Shown here in pieces: positions 1-12,700 of a stretch of 64,000 nt of DNA. The notes beneath the pieces are model-generated. The model worked only from the letters and a program-made list of their open reading frames with translations. It ran no database searches and had not been told where the DNA came from. The stretch is from IMG/VR virus record IMGVR_UViG_3300020469_000033, positions 1 through 64,000 of that record; one strand, given 5' to 3'. The position numbers and the translations under genes are program-made. Source of the DNA: an uncultured virus (IMG/VR IMGVR_UViG_3300020469_000033) (Duplodnaviria; Heunggongvirae; Uroviricota; Caudoviricetes). Each line of letters starts with the position of its first letter. The stretch's first letter is position 1.

Positions 1-191
1 ATTATTTTCTTTAGTTTTTTATTGTTTTATAAATTTTTATATATTTATTCTTACAATAACCCACGTCTATGTGGGTTCCGTTGGTTAATGAATACTAACT
101 TTTAATGTTTAGTTACCGAACAACCAATTTACACTATTCTATATTGAGGTTCCTCAAATAACTTCAGCAAATTTTAAAAGTAACAAGTAAA

Positions 192-1382
192 ATGGCAAAT
201 TCAAAATTGTTAAAAGAAGCAATTGCTGATGCTAAAGCTGTAAGAGAAACTGCTATCGCTAACGCTAAGATTGCACTTGAGGAAGCATTTACTCCAAGAT
301 TACAATCTATCCTATCAAAGAAGCTACAAGCTGAAATGGAAGGTGATGATGAAGAAATCGAAGAGGAATTAGATTCAAGTGATATTGGTAGTGGTGATGA
401 AGAAACTCCAGTTGAACCATCAGATGTTGCATCTGACGCACACACAGAACTTGGACCTGAATCTGAAGAAGAAACTGCAGAAGTAGGTGATGAGTTGGAA
501 GAAGGTGAAGGGCATGATGATGACGAAATCGAAGAAGCTAAAGTCTCTGAAGAAGAAGAGGTAGAAGAAACTGTTTCTGAAGAAGAAGAAGTAGAAGAAG
601 GTTCTCACGAAGGTGAAGAAGATTCTATGGACGAAGAAGAAGAAGTAGAAGAAAACTACAAAGAAGAAGAAGAGATGGAAGAAGAAGATGAGTTAGATTT
701 AGAAGCTATCATCAAAGAATTAGAAATGGATATGGAAGATGAAGAAGAAGTTTCCGAATTGGAAATGGATTCTGAAGAAGAAGTATCTGAAGAAGAAGAG
801 GATGAAGTTCACGAAGAAGAATCTGAAGAAGCAGAAATGGAAGAATCCGAAGAAGAGGAAGTTGAAGAAACTATCTCAGAAGAGGAAGAAGAAATGGATG
901 AAGAAGAAGATATCGACTTGGATGAAATCCTTAGAGAAATGGGATACGGAGAAGAAGAAGAAATGGAAGAAGAAGTAGTAGCTGAAGAAGAAGCTAACGA
1001 AGAGGTAGTTAAACTACAAACTGAGTTAGAAGAAGCTTACAATACTGTGAAATCTTTAAAATCTACTATCAACGAAGTAAACCTTCTTAACGCAAAATTA
1101 TTATACGCTAATAGATTGTTCAGAGCTTATAACTTAAACAATGAGCAAAAATCTAAAGTTGTTGAAAACTTAGACAGAACATCATCTGTTAGAGAAGTAA
1201 AATTAGTTTACGCTACGTTGGCAGAATCAATGAATTTTACAGGAACTGAGAAGAGAACTAAGAAAGTTGTAGCTGAAGCTGCTTCTAAACCAGTTGCTTC
1301 AACTGCACCTGCAAAAGAAATTATTTCTGAAAACACAAATACGTTAGCCGAAAGATTTAAACAATTGGCTAATATTAAATAA
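192..1382 (+). CDS. Prohead scaffolding/core protein (T4 gp22-like), extremely Glu-rich
   Basis: Directly upstream of the major capsid gene. Long acidic low-complexity middle, coiled-coil-like C-terminal part, and many L/I/V-x-E sites of the kind cut by T4-type prohead proteases. Confidence 0.75.
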   Translation: MANSKLLKEAIADAKAVRETAIANAKIALEEAFTPRLQSILSKKLQAEMEGDDEEIEEELDSSDIGSGDEETPVEPSDVASDAHTELGPESEEETAEVGDELEEGEGHDDDEIEEAKVSEEEEVEETVSEEEEVEEGSHEGEEDSMDEEEEVEENYKEEEEMEEEDELDLEAIIKELEMDMEDEEEVSELEMDSEEEVSEEEEDEVHEEESEEAEMEESEEEEVEETISEEEEEMDEEEDIDLDEILREMGYGEEEEMEEEVVAEEEANEEVVKLQTELEEAYNTVKSLKSTINEVNLLNAKLLYANRLFRAYNLNNEQKSKVVENLDRTSSVREVKLVYATLAESMNFTGTEKRTKKVVAEAASKPVASTAPAKEIISENTNTLAERFKQLANIK

Positions 1383-1410
1383 TTAACTAACATTAAAAAG
1401 GAAAAATAAA

Positions 1411-3012
1411 ATGGCAAATTTTGATTTATCTAAACTAATGGAAGGAAAGAACCCACAAGCTGTAATGTTGAATGAAACAAGACAACTAAAAGGTAAATGG
1501 GAACAAACTGGACTTCTAGAAGGTTTAAATGAAAAAGAGCAAGGCGCAATGTCTGTTCTTTTAGAAAACCAAGCAAAACAATTGCTTGATGAGGCATCTC
1601 AGACTGGGACAGCCGCAAATAGTGAAGAGTGGAGTGGTGTAGCCCTTCCTCTTGTTAGAAGAATCTTTGGTGAGATTGCTTCTAAAGAATTCGTTAGTGT
1701 ACAACCAATGAACTTACCTTCAGGACTTGTATTCTATCTAGATTTCAAATATGGTTCGGAAAATGGTGGAAAACTAAAGCACGAATCTTTATTTGGTAAC
1801 TCAGGTTCATTAGGTTCAGGTAGAACTGGTGAAGCTGCTGGTGGTTTATATGGTAATGGTGCATTTGGATATTCTATCAATGAAGATTCTGTAAGTGTAG
1901 CAACTGGTGCTCAAACTTGGGCTTCTGCTTCACATGCTGATATAGGATTTGATGGTGCATTATCTGCTTCTGTTGAAGTTGGTGATATCCAAAAATTAAC
2001 TATTGCTAAATCTGATATCTCAGCTACTGCTGATGTAGATGCAATTGCATCTTTCGCTGTAAGTGGTACTGATATTAATGGTGCAAACTACTCTCAATTC
2101 AACAAAGTTGATGGTGATAACCTTATATTCTTCGTTGGAACATCTGCTGCTGTAGATGCAAACGCTGTAACTGTTAAGTTTTCTCATATCCCTGCTGATT
2201 ATAACAGAGGTGACTTTGAGCAATCTTCATTTACATCTCCTGGTCCAGCAACTGGTGATGACCTTCAGATTCCTGAAGTAGACCTAGAGTTGAAGTCTGA
2301 AGCAATTGTTGCTAAGACTAGAAAACTAAAGGCTGTGTGGACTCCTGAGTTGGCGCAAGACCTTAACGCTTACCACTCAATCGATGCTGAAGCTGAATTA
2401 ACTTCTATGTTATCTGATTACATCTCATTAGAGATTGATTTAGAAATCTTAGATATGTTAAAATCTAACGCTTTAACTGTTGAATACTGGTCAGCTACAA
2501 TAGGTGAAGAGTACAATGGTTCATCTTGGTCAGCTGGTAGTTCTGCTGTTGCTTACCAAAAGAACACTTGGTTCCAAACTTTAGGTACTAAATTAAACAA
2601 AGTATCTAATAAGATTCACCAATTGACTTTAAGAGGTGGAGCTAACTTCGTAGTTGCTTCTCCTGATGTATGTACTATCTTAGAATCAATCCCTGGATTT
2701 AGTGTATCAGCTGATAAAGATGCAATGTCTTTCGCTGCTGGTGTAACTTCAGTAGGTGCGATTGCTAACAGATACACAGTTTACAAAAACCCTTACATGA
2801 CTTCAAATGAAATCTTGTTAGGATTTAGAGGAAGCAACTTCCTAGAAACTGGTGCTGTATATGCTCCGTATGTACCGTTAATCATGACTCCATTAGTGTA
2901 TGACCCTCAAAACTTCACTCCAAGAAGAGGAGTAATGACGAGATACGCTAAGAAGATGGTTAGACCTGAGTACTATGGTAAGATTTTTGTTAAAGATTTA
3001 CAATCTATCTAA
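1411..3012 (+). CDS. gp23: Major capsid protein, T4 gp23 family
   Basis: Motifs VSVQPMNLPSGLVFYL, AKTRKLKAVWTPELAQDLNAYH, DAEAELTSMLS, YAPYVPL and PRRGVMTRY are characteristic of T4-like gp23. Confidence 0.96.
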   Translation: MANFDLSKLMEGKNPQAVMLNETRQLKGKWEQTGLLEGLNEKEQGAMSVLLENQAKQLLDEASQTGTAANSEEWSGVALPLVRRIFGEIASKEFVSVQPMNLPSGLVFYLDFKYGSENGGKLKHESLFGNSGSLGSGRTGEAAGGLYGNGAFGYSINEDSVSVATGAQTWASASHADIGFDGALSASVEVGDIQKLTIAKSDISATADVDAIASFAVSGTDINGANYSQFNKVDGDNLIFFVGTSAAVDANAVTVKFSHIPADYNRGDFEQSSFTSPGPATGDDLQIPEVDLELKSEAIVAKTRKLKAVWTPELAQDLNAYHSIDAEAELTSMLSDYISLEIDLEILDMLKSNALTVEYWSATIGEEYNGSSWSAGSSAVAYQKNTWFQTLGTKLNKVSNKIHQLTLRGGANFVVASPDVCTILESIPGFSVSADKDAMSFAAGVTSVGAIANRYTVYKNPYMTSNEILLGFRGSNFLETGAVYAPYVPLIMTPLVYDPQNFTPRRGVMTRYAKKMVRPEYYGKIFVKDLQSI

Positions 3013-3041
3013 GATAGAGTTTAACTTTATATAAAATGAAT

Positions 3042-3073
3042 AAAGAGGGGTTCGAAAGTTCCCCTCTTTTTTT
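3042..3073 (+). terminator. Rho-independent terminator after the major capsid gene
   Basis: AAAGAGGGG-ttcgaaagtt-CCCCTCTTT stem-loop followed by a T tract. Confidence 0.85.
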
Positions 3074-3109
3074 ATGTCCTCACTAAAAATACTATTCTTA
3101 TATTTCTTT

Positions 3110-3118
3110 ATATTTATA
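3110..3118 (+). promoter_or_regulatory. Putative late promoter motif ATATTTATA
   Basis: Lies between the terminator and the ATG at 3147; the same motif precedes many structural genes. Confidence 0.6.
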
Positions 3119-3146
3119 GATACGATACTAAAGAGAGGAATAATTT

Positions 3147-4295
3147 ATGGCAGTAGAATACATATACCCTGGTTCATCATCATTCTCAGTAGGGGATACT
3201 CCATTTGGAACTTTTGATTCGGATGCAATATTCGCAGTAGATGCCCCAAAAGTAGCTAATTGGTGTGCAAAACGATTAGGATACCCCGTCCAAAATGTAG
3301 AATTGGTTGATGAAAGTTTATTTGCTTGTTTTGAAGAAGCTACTTCAGAGTATGCTTCGCAAGTAAATCAGTTTAACATTAGAAATAACTTAGATACATT
3401 AAAAGGAAACCCAACGGGTTCAAATTACAGTGGACAATTAGTTCAAGGTTCAAATTTACCTGATTTAGTAGCCATTTCAGATGCATATGGTACACTTTCT
3501 GGTGTTGGTGGTAATACCGATATTCAAAAAGGTTCAATTGATTTAGTAGCTGGACAACAAAACTATGATTTAGATACTTTATGGGCAAACGTAAGTGAGA
3601 GTTCTAATAGAATTGATGTAGTAAAAGTATTTCACGAAGCAACTCCAGCAATTAATAGATTCTTTGACCCTTACTCGGTAAGTGGACAAGGAACTCTTAA
3701 CTTAGTTGATGAATTTGGATTTGGTTCGTTCTCACCAGCAGCACAATTTGTATTGATGCCACTTTATGAAGATTTATTAAGAATTCAAGCTATTGAATTT
3801 AATGACCAGTTCAGAAAATCAGCACACTCATTTAATATCGTAAATAATAAATTACAAATTTTCCCAATCCCAACAACTACTGGTAGATTATGGTTTGAAT
3901 ACTTTGTTAGAAATGAATTTATTCAAAACTCAACAAACGTAACTTCGGATGTGGTTTCTGACTACTCAAATGTTGGCTATGATTTTATTCCATATAGTAA
4001 AATAAATGATGTTGGTAAACAATGGATTAGAAAATATTCACTTGCTCTAGCTAAAGAACTATTAGGAGCAATCAGAGAAAAATATAGTTCAGTACCTATT
4101 CCTGGTTCCGAAATATCGTTGGATGGAGCAGCATTAAGAGCTGAGGCTCAAACTGAAAAAGATGCTTTGATTGAACAACTCAGAGAAAACTTAGAAGAGT
4201 TAAGTAGAAAAAATCAGTTTGAAATTAGAAATAACGAATCTAATTATCAGCAAGAAATGTTACGAAAAGTTCCACTAACGATATACACCGGATAA
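3147..4295 (+). CDS. Neck / head-tail adaptor protein (T4 gp13-like)
   Basis: Position after the capsid gene. N-terminal RLGYPVQNVEL and C-terminal WIRKYSLALAKELLG..R.KY...PIPG....LDG resemble gp13-type neck proteins. Confidence 0.75.
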   Translation: MAVEYIYPGSSSFSVGDTPFGTFDSDAIFAVDAPKVANWCAKRLGYPVQNVELVDESLFACFEEATSEYASQVNQFNIRNNLDTLKGNPTGSNYSGQLVQGSNLPDLVAISDAYGTLSGVGGNTDIQKGSIDLVAGQQNYDLDTLWANVSESSNRIDVVKVFHEATPAINRFFDPYSVSGQGTLNLVDEFGFGSFSPAAQFVLMPLYEDLLRIQAIEFNDQFRKSAHSFNIVNNKLQIFPIPTTTGRLWFEYFVRNEFIQNSTNVTSDVVSDYSNVGYDFIPYSKINDVGKQWIRKYSLALAKELLGAIREKYSSVPIPGSEISLDGAALRAEAQTEKDALIEQLRENLEELSRKNQFEIRNNESNYQQEMLRKVPLTIYTG

Positions 4296-4296
4296 A

Positions 4297-4752
4297 ATGC
4301 CAAGATTCGCATTAGATAGAGATATAAGATTCTTTGAATCTATTTCAAAGGAATTAGTAGATGCTGTGATTGAAACAACAGTAGTTCTATTCAAGCTCTC
4401 TATTGAAGATATATCAACAAACCTTTATGGTGAATCCCTAAACAAATCTTATTATCAAGGTACTGAATGTACTGCTGTAATTGAAAGAGATGATTCTTCG
4501 GTTTCATATGAAGGATTTGGTGCTGATAGTGGACAAAACGTAGAATTTAGATTTAATAGAGTTACTCTAAAAGGAAAAGGATTCTATCCAGAGATTGGTG
4601 ATATTATTAAACACAATGATGCATATTTTGAAATCGATAATGTGAGAGAGGACCAATTAATTGGTGGACAAAGTGGAGAGAAATTCTCAATCATTGCATC
4701 AACATTTATGACAAGAAGAAGTTCTATTCAAACTGAAATGAGAGTTATATAA
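4297..4752 (+). CDS. Neck / head closure protein (gp14-like)
   Basis: Synteny; NLYGE and PEIGDII....YFEI motifs. Confidence 0.65.
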   Translation: MPRFALDRDIRFFESISKELVDAVIETTVVLFKLSIEDISTNLYGESLNKSYYQGTECTAVIERDDSSVSYEGFGADSGQNVEFRFNRVTLKGKGFYPEIGDIIKHNDAYFEIDNVREDQLIGGQSGEKFSIIASTFMTRRSSIQTEMRVI

Positions 4753-5882
4753 TGAATAAGAAAGAAACAAATAGAGCATTACAAAGAGGTATAGATAAGG
4801 AGTACACTAAAGGTGTTAAACTTTTAGATGTAGATACTACTATTGCTGAATATATGGTGGATACTGTGATACCTGATGTTGAAGAACATGGTAATCAAGT
4901 TAAAGTTCCTTTATTATATGGTAATGCTGAACGATGGAATAATGCTAGAGCAAAAGGATATCTGAGAGACCAAAGAGGTAAGATTCAGATTCCATTAGTA
5001 ATGTTCAAAAGAAACTCTATCGAAAGAGATACAAACTTAGCACAATTTAAAGATGTAAATACATTACCAGCTTATAGAAAATATTCTAAAAAGAATAGAT
5101 ACGAAAGATTTTCATTACAACCAGATGCTCAAAAAGCATTTGAACAATATGAAGTTTCAGTACCTGATTATGTAACTGTAACTTATGAGGTAATGATTTG
5201 GACATCATTTACCGAACATATGAATACCATAGTCGAAGCATTTCAATATGCAACTGATAGGTATTGGGGAAGTGAAAAGGGATTCAAATTTAGAACTCGT
5301 ATTGATTCATTTGATAACCAACAAGAAGTAGGAGAAGGTTCAGAAAGAATCATTAGAACTTCCTTTACAATGGTAGTTAATGCATACCTACTTCCAGAAA
5401 CATATGATGAGAAACCAACTGTTAAAAAATCATTCACTCCTAAAAAAGTTGTATGGGGTATAGAAACTGACTTAACAGGTATGAGATTCTCAAATCCTAA
5501 TATTTATAATGAGTATCAGAACGTTATAGATTTTGTAGCAATTAGGGGTTCTAAAGATGCAAATATTAATAAGAGTTTATATCCTGATGAAACAGCAGAT
5601 GGTGTAACAAATAAGTTTTCTTATTTCTATTTAGAAAATTCTGAATTACCTATTTTACCACAAGAACTAAGAGGTACATTTGATACTAAAGGTTGGTTTA
5701 GAATCTATATTAATGGAGTGTTTATAACACCAAATGCATACACTTATACATTTGATGGTAGTATAAACAGAATATTATTTAAATTGGATAATACTCAAGC
5801 TTTTGAAAGTGGTGGTGAAATTACATACATTTTGGATTCTCAAGATGAAGTTTCTGTAACTGGTAAATTTATTGAATTATGA
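4752..5882 (+). CDS. Tail terminator / sheath stabiliser (gp15-like) with C-terminal extension
   Basis: Synteny; VKVPLLYG..ERW and P.YVTVTYEV.IWT....MN.IVE patterns. Confidence 0.65.
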   Translation: MNKKETNRALQRGIDKEYTKGVKLLDVDTTIAEYMVDTVIPDVEEHGNQVKVPLLYGNAERWNNARAKGYLRDQRGKIQIPLVMFKRNSIERDTNLAQFKDVNTLPAYRKYSKKNRYERFSLQPDAQKAFEQYEVSVPDYVTVTYEVMIWTSFTEHMNTIVEAFQYATDRYWGSEKGFKFRTRIDSFDNQQEVGEGSERIIRTSFTMVVNAYLLPETYDEKPTVKKSFTPKKVVWGIETDLTGMRFSNPNIYNEYQNVIDFVAIRGSKDANINKSLYPDETADGVTNKFSYFYLENSELPILPQELRGTFDTKGWFRIYINGVFITPNAYTYTFDGSINRILFKLDNTQAFESGGEITYILDSQDEVSVTGKFIEL

Positions 5883-6283
5883 ACATATTTACTTTAAAAA
5901 ATATTCTAAAAGAGGTAAACGCACCTAATACATTTTCAGGTGTTCCTTCTGATAAAAATGGTGGAGATAGATATGAATTTTATCATCCACTTTATTGGAT
6001 TTTTAAAGTTGAAAATATGAGAATAAAAACTTTAGATTCAAGATTAAAAGATAAAAGAAAACCGCATGCAAGATTTGATGTTTTTATGTATTTATTAACA
6101 GATGACTCTCAAGGTGAATTATTCGTTAGAAGTCAAGATTATGTTTACGAACAAGTTGGAAATGATTTCTATGTAAAAATGAAAAAAGAAAACTTTCCAT
6201 TAGAAGATAGAAATGGAGACCCTTGGTCTTTCTCTACTGATGATAGGATATTTATAAAAGGTGATATTGAAAGAGTTAACTAA
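5879..6283 (+). CDS. Hypothetical protein, probably structural
   Basis: Start and stop overlap the neighbouring genes (translational coupling). Confidence 0.6.
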   Translation: MNIFTLKNILKEVNAPNTFSGVPSDKNGGDRYEFYHPLYWIFKVENMRIKTLDSRLKDKRKPHARFDVFMYLLTDDSQGELFVRSQDYVYEQVGNDFYVKMKKENFPLEDRNGDPWSFSTDDRIFIKGDIERVN

Positions 6284-6768
6284 TGAGTAGAAAGGTTCCA
6301 AACATATACACAGGTAATACAGTAAAAAAGAGAGATAGACAATCTTTCAAAAATTTTGTATTGGAAGTAATAGAAGATACGTTTATCAATGAGTTTACTC
6401 CAACCTCATCATCTTTGGATTCTGCTACTCAAAAATTATTTACTTTATTTTTAGGTTCTAAAGATGGTAACAATGATGGTGATTTATTGGATAGAGTAGA
6501 TATAGAAGGATATAGATTTGTATATGAAGATTTACAAGTAGATAACGCATTTGATTATTTAGATGTATTTCTTTATGGAGTAAAGCAAGATAGAACTAAA
6601 TATAATGTAAAGTTATATGATGGTGAGGGAACTGAATTATTATCAGGTCAATACGCTAGTGGTTCAAAAGAAATTAGAATGATATTTAATGAAGATATCA
6701 CAAGAGTACCGTTGGAAGTACCAACAAACGCATTTACAATTAAGGGTAAAATAGTAGAAATAGAATAA
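6283..6768 (+). CDS. Hypothetical protein, probably structural
   Basis: Coupled ORF; ATATTTATA at 6248-6256 lies upstream. Confidence 0.6.
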   Translation: MSRKVPNIYTGNTVKKRDRQSFKNFVLEVIEDTFINEFTPTSSSLDSATQKLFTLFLGSKDGNNDGDLLDRVDIEGYRFVYEDLQVDNAFDYLDVFLYGVKQDRTKYNVKLYDGEGTELLSGQYASGSKEIRMIFNEDITRVPLEVPTNAFTIKGKIVEIE

Positions 6769-6772
6769 AGGA

Positions 6773-9700
6773 ATGGCAAGATTAATATCCAGAAAACAGG
6801 TAGAAGAGATACAGGATTTTATTAGGGATACCTCCTTTGCGCAAGGTGTATCTATATCTGGCTCTTTACTTGTATCTCAAAGTTTTACTTTAGGTTCAGA
6901 CCCTTCTGAAAAATCTACTATAACTGGTTCAGTTGAATTAAGTGGTTCACTTACTATTGATGGACCTCTTAATGTAGTTGGTGACCAAGCATTAGAATTA
7001 ACATCATCCGTTTCATTAGAATCGTTAGATTCAAGATTATTTGGTGGAATCAAACCTGAAGATTTCGGAGCAATGGATGCTACTATTTATGTATCTTCAA
7101 CTTCTGGTGATGATACAAATGATGGTAGAACACCACAATTTCCATTAAGAACTGTAAAAAGAGCTGCTGAATTAGCAACTGCGGGAGATGATGGTAGATT
7201 TGGGTTACCAACTGGTTCTTTATTTACTGGTTTTGCAATTGAAGTATCTGCTGGAACTTACTTAGAAGAAAACCCAATTGAACTTCCAAAGAATACAACT
7301 GTATGGGGAGCTGGTTTAAGGGTAACTAAGATTGTAGCTAAAAACGAAAACGAAGATTTATTTTGGGTAAATAGTGGATGTTACCTTTCAGAGATGACAT
7401 TTGCTGGATTGAGAGTATTTCCATCAGTAGATAACTCTCGAAGTGGTTTCGCAATTGCATTCGCACCAAACTCATTTATTACAACATCTCCTTATGTTCA
7501 GAACTGTTCGATGATTTCGAATCAGGAGAACTCATTCTTAGAAGCATATGAGGATATTCCTGCTGGTGGTGGTGGATTGAATGTAGATGGAAATATAATC
7601 CATCCTGATTCACCTCTTGCTTCAATGGTATTGGATGCATATACACAAATCGCACCTAATGGTGTGGGTTGTCAAGTTGTAGGTAGAGGATTTATTCAGT
7701 TGGTATCCTTCTTTACAAACTTCTCAGCATATTCTGTAAAGGTATTAGATGGTGGACAAGCAGTACTTCTAAACTCAAACACATCGTTTGGTGATTTTGG
7801 TATGTATGCTAGTGGGTCTAGGTTTATTACTGGTAGTGGTGGTAACTTAGAAGCATTTAATAGAGTAAGAGATGGTTATACAATTATTATTGATACAATT
7901 GAGGATGGGTTAACTGCAATACCTGAATTTGTACCAAATACAAATGATGGTATCAAAGTAACTGATGAATTACAACAATTTAGTAGTAATAATTCATCTG
8001 ATAAAGTTGCAGAACAGGCAAAATCAGAATATAGATTAGTTTCAAACATTGTATCAAGTGGTATAAGTAATATTCCATCTTTATTAGCTAAATCAGCAAC
8101 AAGAGGATATAACACTGGTTCGGTTTGGAATGTATCATTTGGAAATCAAATAACAGGTTCAACATCAGCAACCTCTACTGAATTAGCAATAATCGAAGAT
8201 AGATTTGATAAAGTAAAAGAAACGTTAGAAATTGGAGCTAGAGCAACTGCTAGTTATACTTTAGTAGATAATATAGATGGTTTAGTAAAAGTTGGAAATG
8301 AAACTCCTTATATAACTTCAGATGCAACAACTCAAACTGAAGTTGATATAATTAATAGAAATTATAATTCTGTTTTACGAATAGTAGAGTTTGGACTGGA
8401 TGATACTGATAATCCATTACCACCAATTACATCATCAAATGCTGGTAATATAAAAATAACTGAAACACCTCAATTTATTACTGATATTTCTTCAAGTGCA
8501 GAAGTAAGAAATAAGATTAGTTCTTCATTTGCAACTGTTTATAGAATTTTAGAATTAGGTTCAGATTATGCACCTAGTATTATTCAAAGTTCTTCATTTG
8601 AAAATCCATCAATTGATTATCAAAATGGATACAATGCATTATTAGGTAATTTATCATTTATTCAAGAAGAAACAATAGCATATCTTTCTTCATCTTGGAG
8701 TACATTTGATTATAATGAAACAACTTGTAAAAGAGATTTAGGGTATATTGTAAGTGGTGCAGCTCACGACTTATTATATGGTGGTAATGAAGAATCCGTT
8801 TTAAATGGAAATTTCTATTACCTATATCCATCAGAAGCAACATCATCACAAAAACAACAAACATTAGATGCTATTAGATATGCTGGTGGAATAGCAGAAA
8901 GGGTGATTGGTGATGTAACCTATGTAGAGCCATCTGTAAATGTTATAAACGGATATGATTTATTAACAAATAATAAATTATTTATACAAAATCAGGTAAT
9001 TTCTTATGTATCATCTTCTTGGAGAAACTTTGATTATGATGAAGATAAATGTAAAAGAGATGTTGGACATATTATAGATGCAGTTTCAACTGATTTAAGA
9101 TATGGTGGTAATGAACGAAGTAGAATAGCTGGTGAGTTCTATTACCTATACCCATCAACTGCTACAACAACACAACTATTACCAACATTAGATGGTATAG
9201 AGTGGGCAAGAGATTTATCTAAAAAATTAGTTGTTAAAGATACATTCGTAACGGCATCAGCAATCATACAATCAACATACGATTTAATTGTTGAAAATAG
9301 AAGTTTAATTCAAGAAGAAACTGTAAACTTTATTGATACTCAGTTTCCTAACTTAGTTTACCTAAGAGATAAATGTAAAAGAGATACTGGATTTATTGTA
9401 GATGCAGTTGCAACTGATTTATATTATGGTGGTAATCAAAAATCAGTTAGAGCTGGATTATACTATGGTGAAATTCCTTCGAAAGTAAATGGAGACCAAC
9501 TAAATGAAACTGTTGATGGTATTTCTTACGCTAAATCATTTATTGATAAAGTAATTGTAAATGAAATAGTAGAAGCTCCAGCGGTAATTGATAACACATA
9601 TTCAAGAGTTAAAGTTGGTAATATTCTACCATTCTCATCATCTTTGGTATCTGGTAGTGAAACTGAAAAAGTAAAAGTTAGTTCTTCATTTGGATTAGTT

Positions 9701-12700
9701 GAAGATATTATTAAGCAAGGTGAAGATTCATTACTTGCAGCTATTGCTGGTAATACACCTAATTTAGAATGGACATTAGAAGAGCCAAAGTTAGTTAGTA
9801 GTACAACATTAATAACCTCATCGATAACTGCTAGTAATAGTGAACTTAGTAGTATTTCTCAATCATTCGAAATAGTAACTACGATTATAGAAAGTGGAAG
9901 CTCAATAACTTCAGATATAGTTGTTGGATTTGCACCAAATGGTTTACCTATTTCTCAAGTTGGTATTCCTAAAAATTCTTATGGTGATAACTTAATAACA
10001 ACTACAATTGGTACAACATTACCAAATGATATAGTAGAAGTTTCAAATGTAAAAGATGGAATTAAGTTTAATAACAATTCACAATATACATCTTCTATAT
10101 CAGCATCAACTCCAATTTCATCAGAAATTTCAGAATCATTTAGAACTGTAATTGATATTGTTGAGTATGGAATTAGTGGAAGTAAGGAAATATCAGGTTC
10201 AGCTAATTCTTCATCTTATTTTGAAGTTGTTTCTTTACCAAACGATTCAACTGCATTTTATATTAATGATAATCAATTAAAATACTTTGATGGTAGAGAA
10301 GGATGGAGATTAGGTGGAGAAGATACTGGTTCTTTCTTGGGTTCTAAAAAAGACCCAACGTTAACATTGGTTAGAAATGAAATGTACACTTTCTCTGTTA
10401 ATGATTTAGGTTTTGAAGATATTAATATTAATGCACCATTCTTAATTAAAACCAAAAGAACTGCTGGTACTACATATGATGTATATGAAAGTATTGGTTT
10501 AATAAATAATGGTATTACATTTGGTACGATAACATTTACTCCTTTAGTAGATACACCTGATACACTTTTCTATGTGAATCCAACAAATGTTTCGGCTAGT
10601 GGTGTAATAAACATTGTAGATAGTTTACCATTATCATCTGAGCAGGAATTTGTTTATGTTCCAACTAAAGGTGAATTTGAAAAAGTAGTAAACACTAAAA
10701 ATAATATAAAAGTAACTGATGGTGTACAATATACTTCATCCTTAGATGCTAGTGTTTCTGATAGAAATATAGTAAGTGGAGGATTCAGTACGGTAGTTGG
10801 GATTCTAAAAAGTGGTATAGATTCTTATACACCAACAACAGCAACGTATAATCCAGCTGATGGTGAGTTTGTAATGACTATTTCTCAACATGATTTAGAT
10901 GTTAATGATAGAATTTATTTAAGACCAGAATCATTCGTATTCACTTGTGATATGGATGGTAATAGAACTGAGCATAAATTACCTTCAGTTGGACAACCCG
11001 CATACAATAAACAATTAACAATAAATTCAATAACTGATAATACCATAAGTGTAAACGTTGGTAAATCAGGTCCGAATATAGAATTCAATCCAACTAACGC
11101 AAGTTATGACCCATTAACTGGAAATTTCGTTGCAACTGTTGGTAAACATACTTTAAGTGTTGGAGAAGGTATTATACTTTCACCAGAAGCATTTGCATTC
11201 ACTTGTGATATGGATAATGACCAGGCGGTTAAATCATATCCAAGAGTTGGTATTGACCCATTTGCAGTTCGTTCTATTCCAATTACTTCGGTAACTGATA
11301 CAACAATGACGTTTAACGTTGGAGCATCGGGTCCAAATAAATACTTTACTCCAACATCTGCATCTTATAATGCATTGACTGGTGATATGATTGTAACTGT
11401 TGGACAGCATGGTTTAGGAGTTGGAAGAAGTGTAGTATTAAAAGATGAATCATTCGCATTTACTTGTGACCAAGATTCAGATGCTACAACACATTCGTAT
11501 CCAAGACCAGGTTCTGACCCATATGCTGGTAAATCGATAGAAATTAAATCAGTTGGAAATACTCAACACACACCAACTGATGCTCCTTATAACGCATCAA
11601 CTGGAATTGTAACTTTAACTATTGCTGGACATGGATTTAGTAATGGAGATTATGTTAAGGTTGATAATGGAGCTTTAATCTATACTTGTGTATTGGATGG
11701 AAACACTGTTCAAAAATCTTATCCAAGAGCTGGATATGATTATCCAAGTGGAAGATGGTTAGAGATTTCAAATGTAACAACTAATACATTTGATATTAAC
11801 ATTGGAGCATCATCATATAAATCAGCACATACATTTGTATCGGCAACTACTGGTGGTATAAGAAGGCAAACTGGTACATTTACAATAAATGTAGGAGATG
11901 GTGGAACGGCATCAAACTCTTTACATACATTTGTATCAGCTTCATCAAACGCTGTGAAGCATGAACCACAATCAGTTCACACATTTGTATCTGCATCGAG
12001 AAAAGCTATTAAACACTTACCTCAATCAGTTCATACTTTTGTTAGAACAAACAAAGATTCAGTAAGTACTTTACCAATTCTAACTAAAAACATTGAAGGT
12101 TTAGTTAAAAGAAGTGATGCAACTCAATTTACTTCTTCATTAGTTGGTTCAGAAACTCTTATATCTAAATTATCATCTTCATTTGAAACTGTATTAGATA
12201 TTATAGAATTTGGAACTGGTTCTACTCCAACAACAGCAACTTATGACCCTGCTGATGGTGATTTTGTAATGACTATTCCAAATCACAAATTTAGAAAAAC
12301 TGATAGTATCTATCTAAAACCAGAATCATTCACATTTACTTGTGAAATGGATGATAACAAAACTGAACACAAATTACCTTCAGTTGGTCAACCTGCTTAC
12401 AATACTAAATTAGGAATTAAATCTGTAACAAATAATACTGTAACTGTAAATGTTGGTAAATCAGGTCCTAATGTACAATTTAATCCAACTAACGCATCTT
12501 ATGACCCAGCAACTGGAGAATTTGTAATAACAACTGGTACACATACTTTAAGTGTTGGTGAGGGAATTATATTAGATACTGAATCATTTGCTTTCACTTG
12601 TGATATGGATAATGACCAATCAGTTAAATCTTACCCTAGATTGGGTATAGACCCTTACGCTGGTCGTTCAATGATTATAACTGATGTTACCAATAATACA

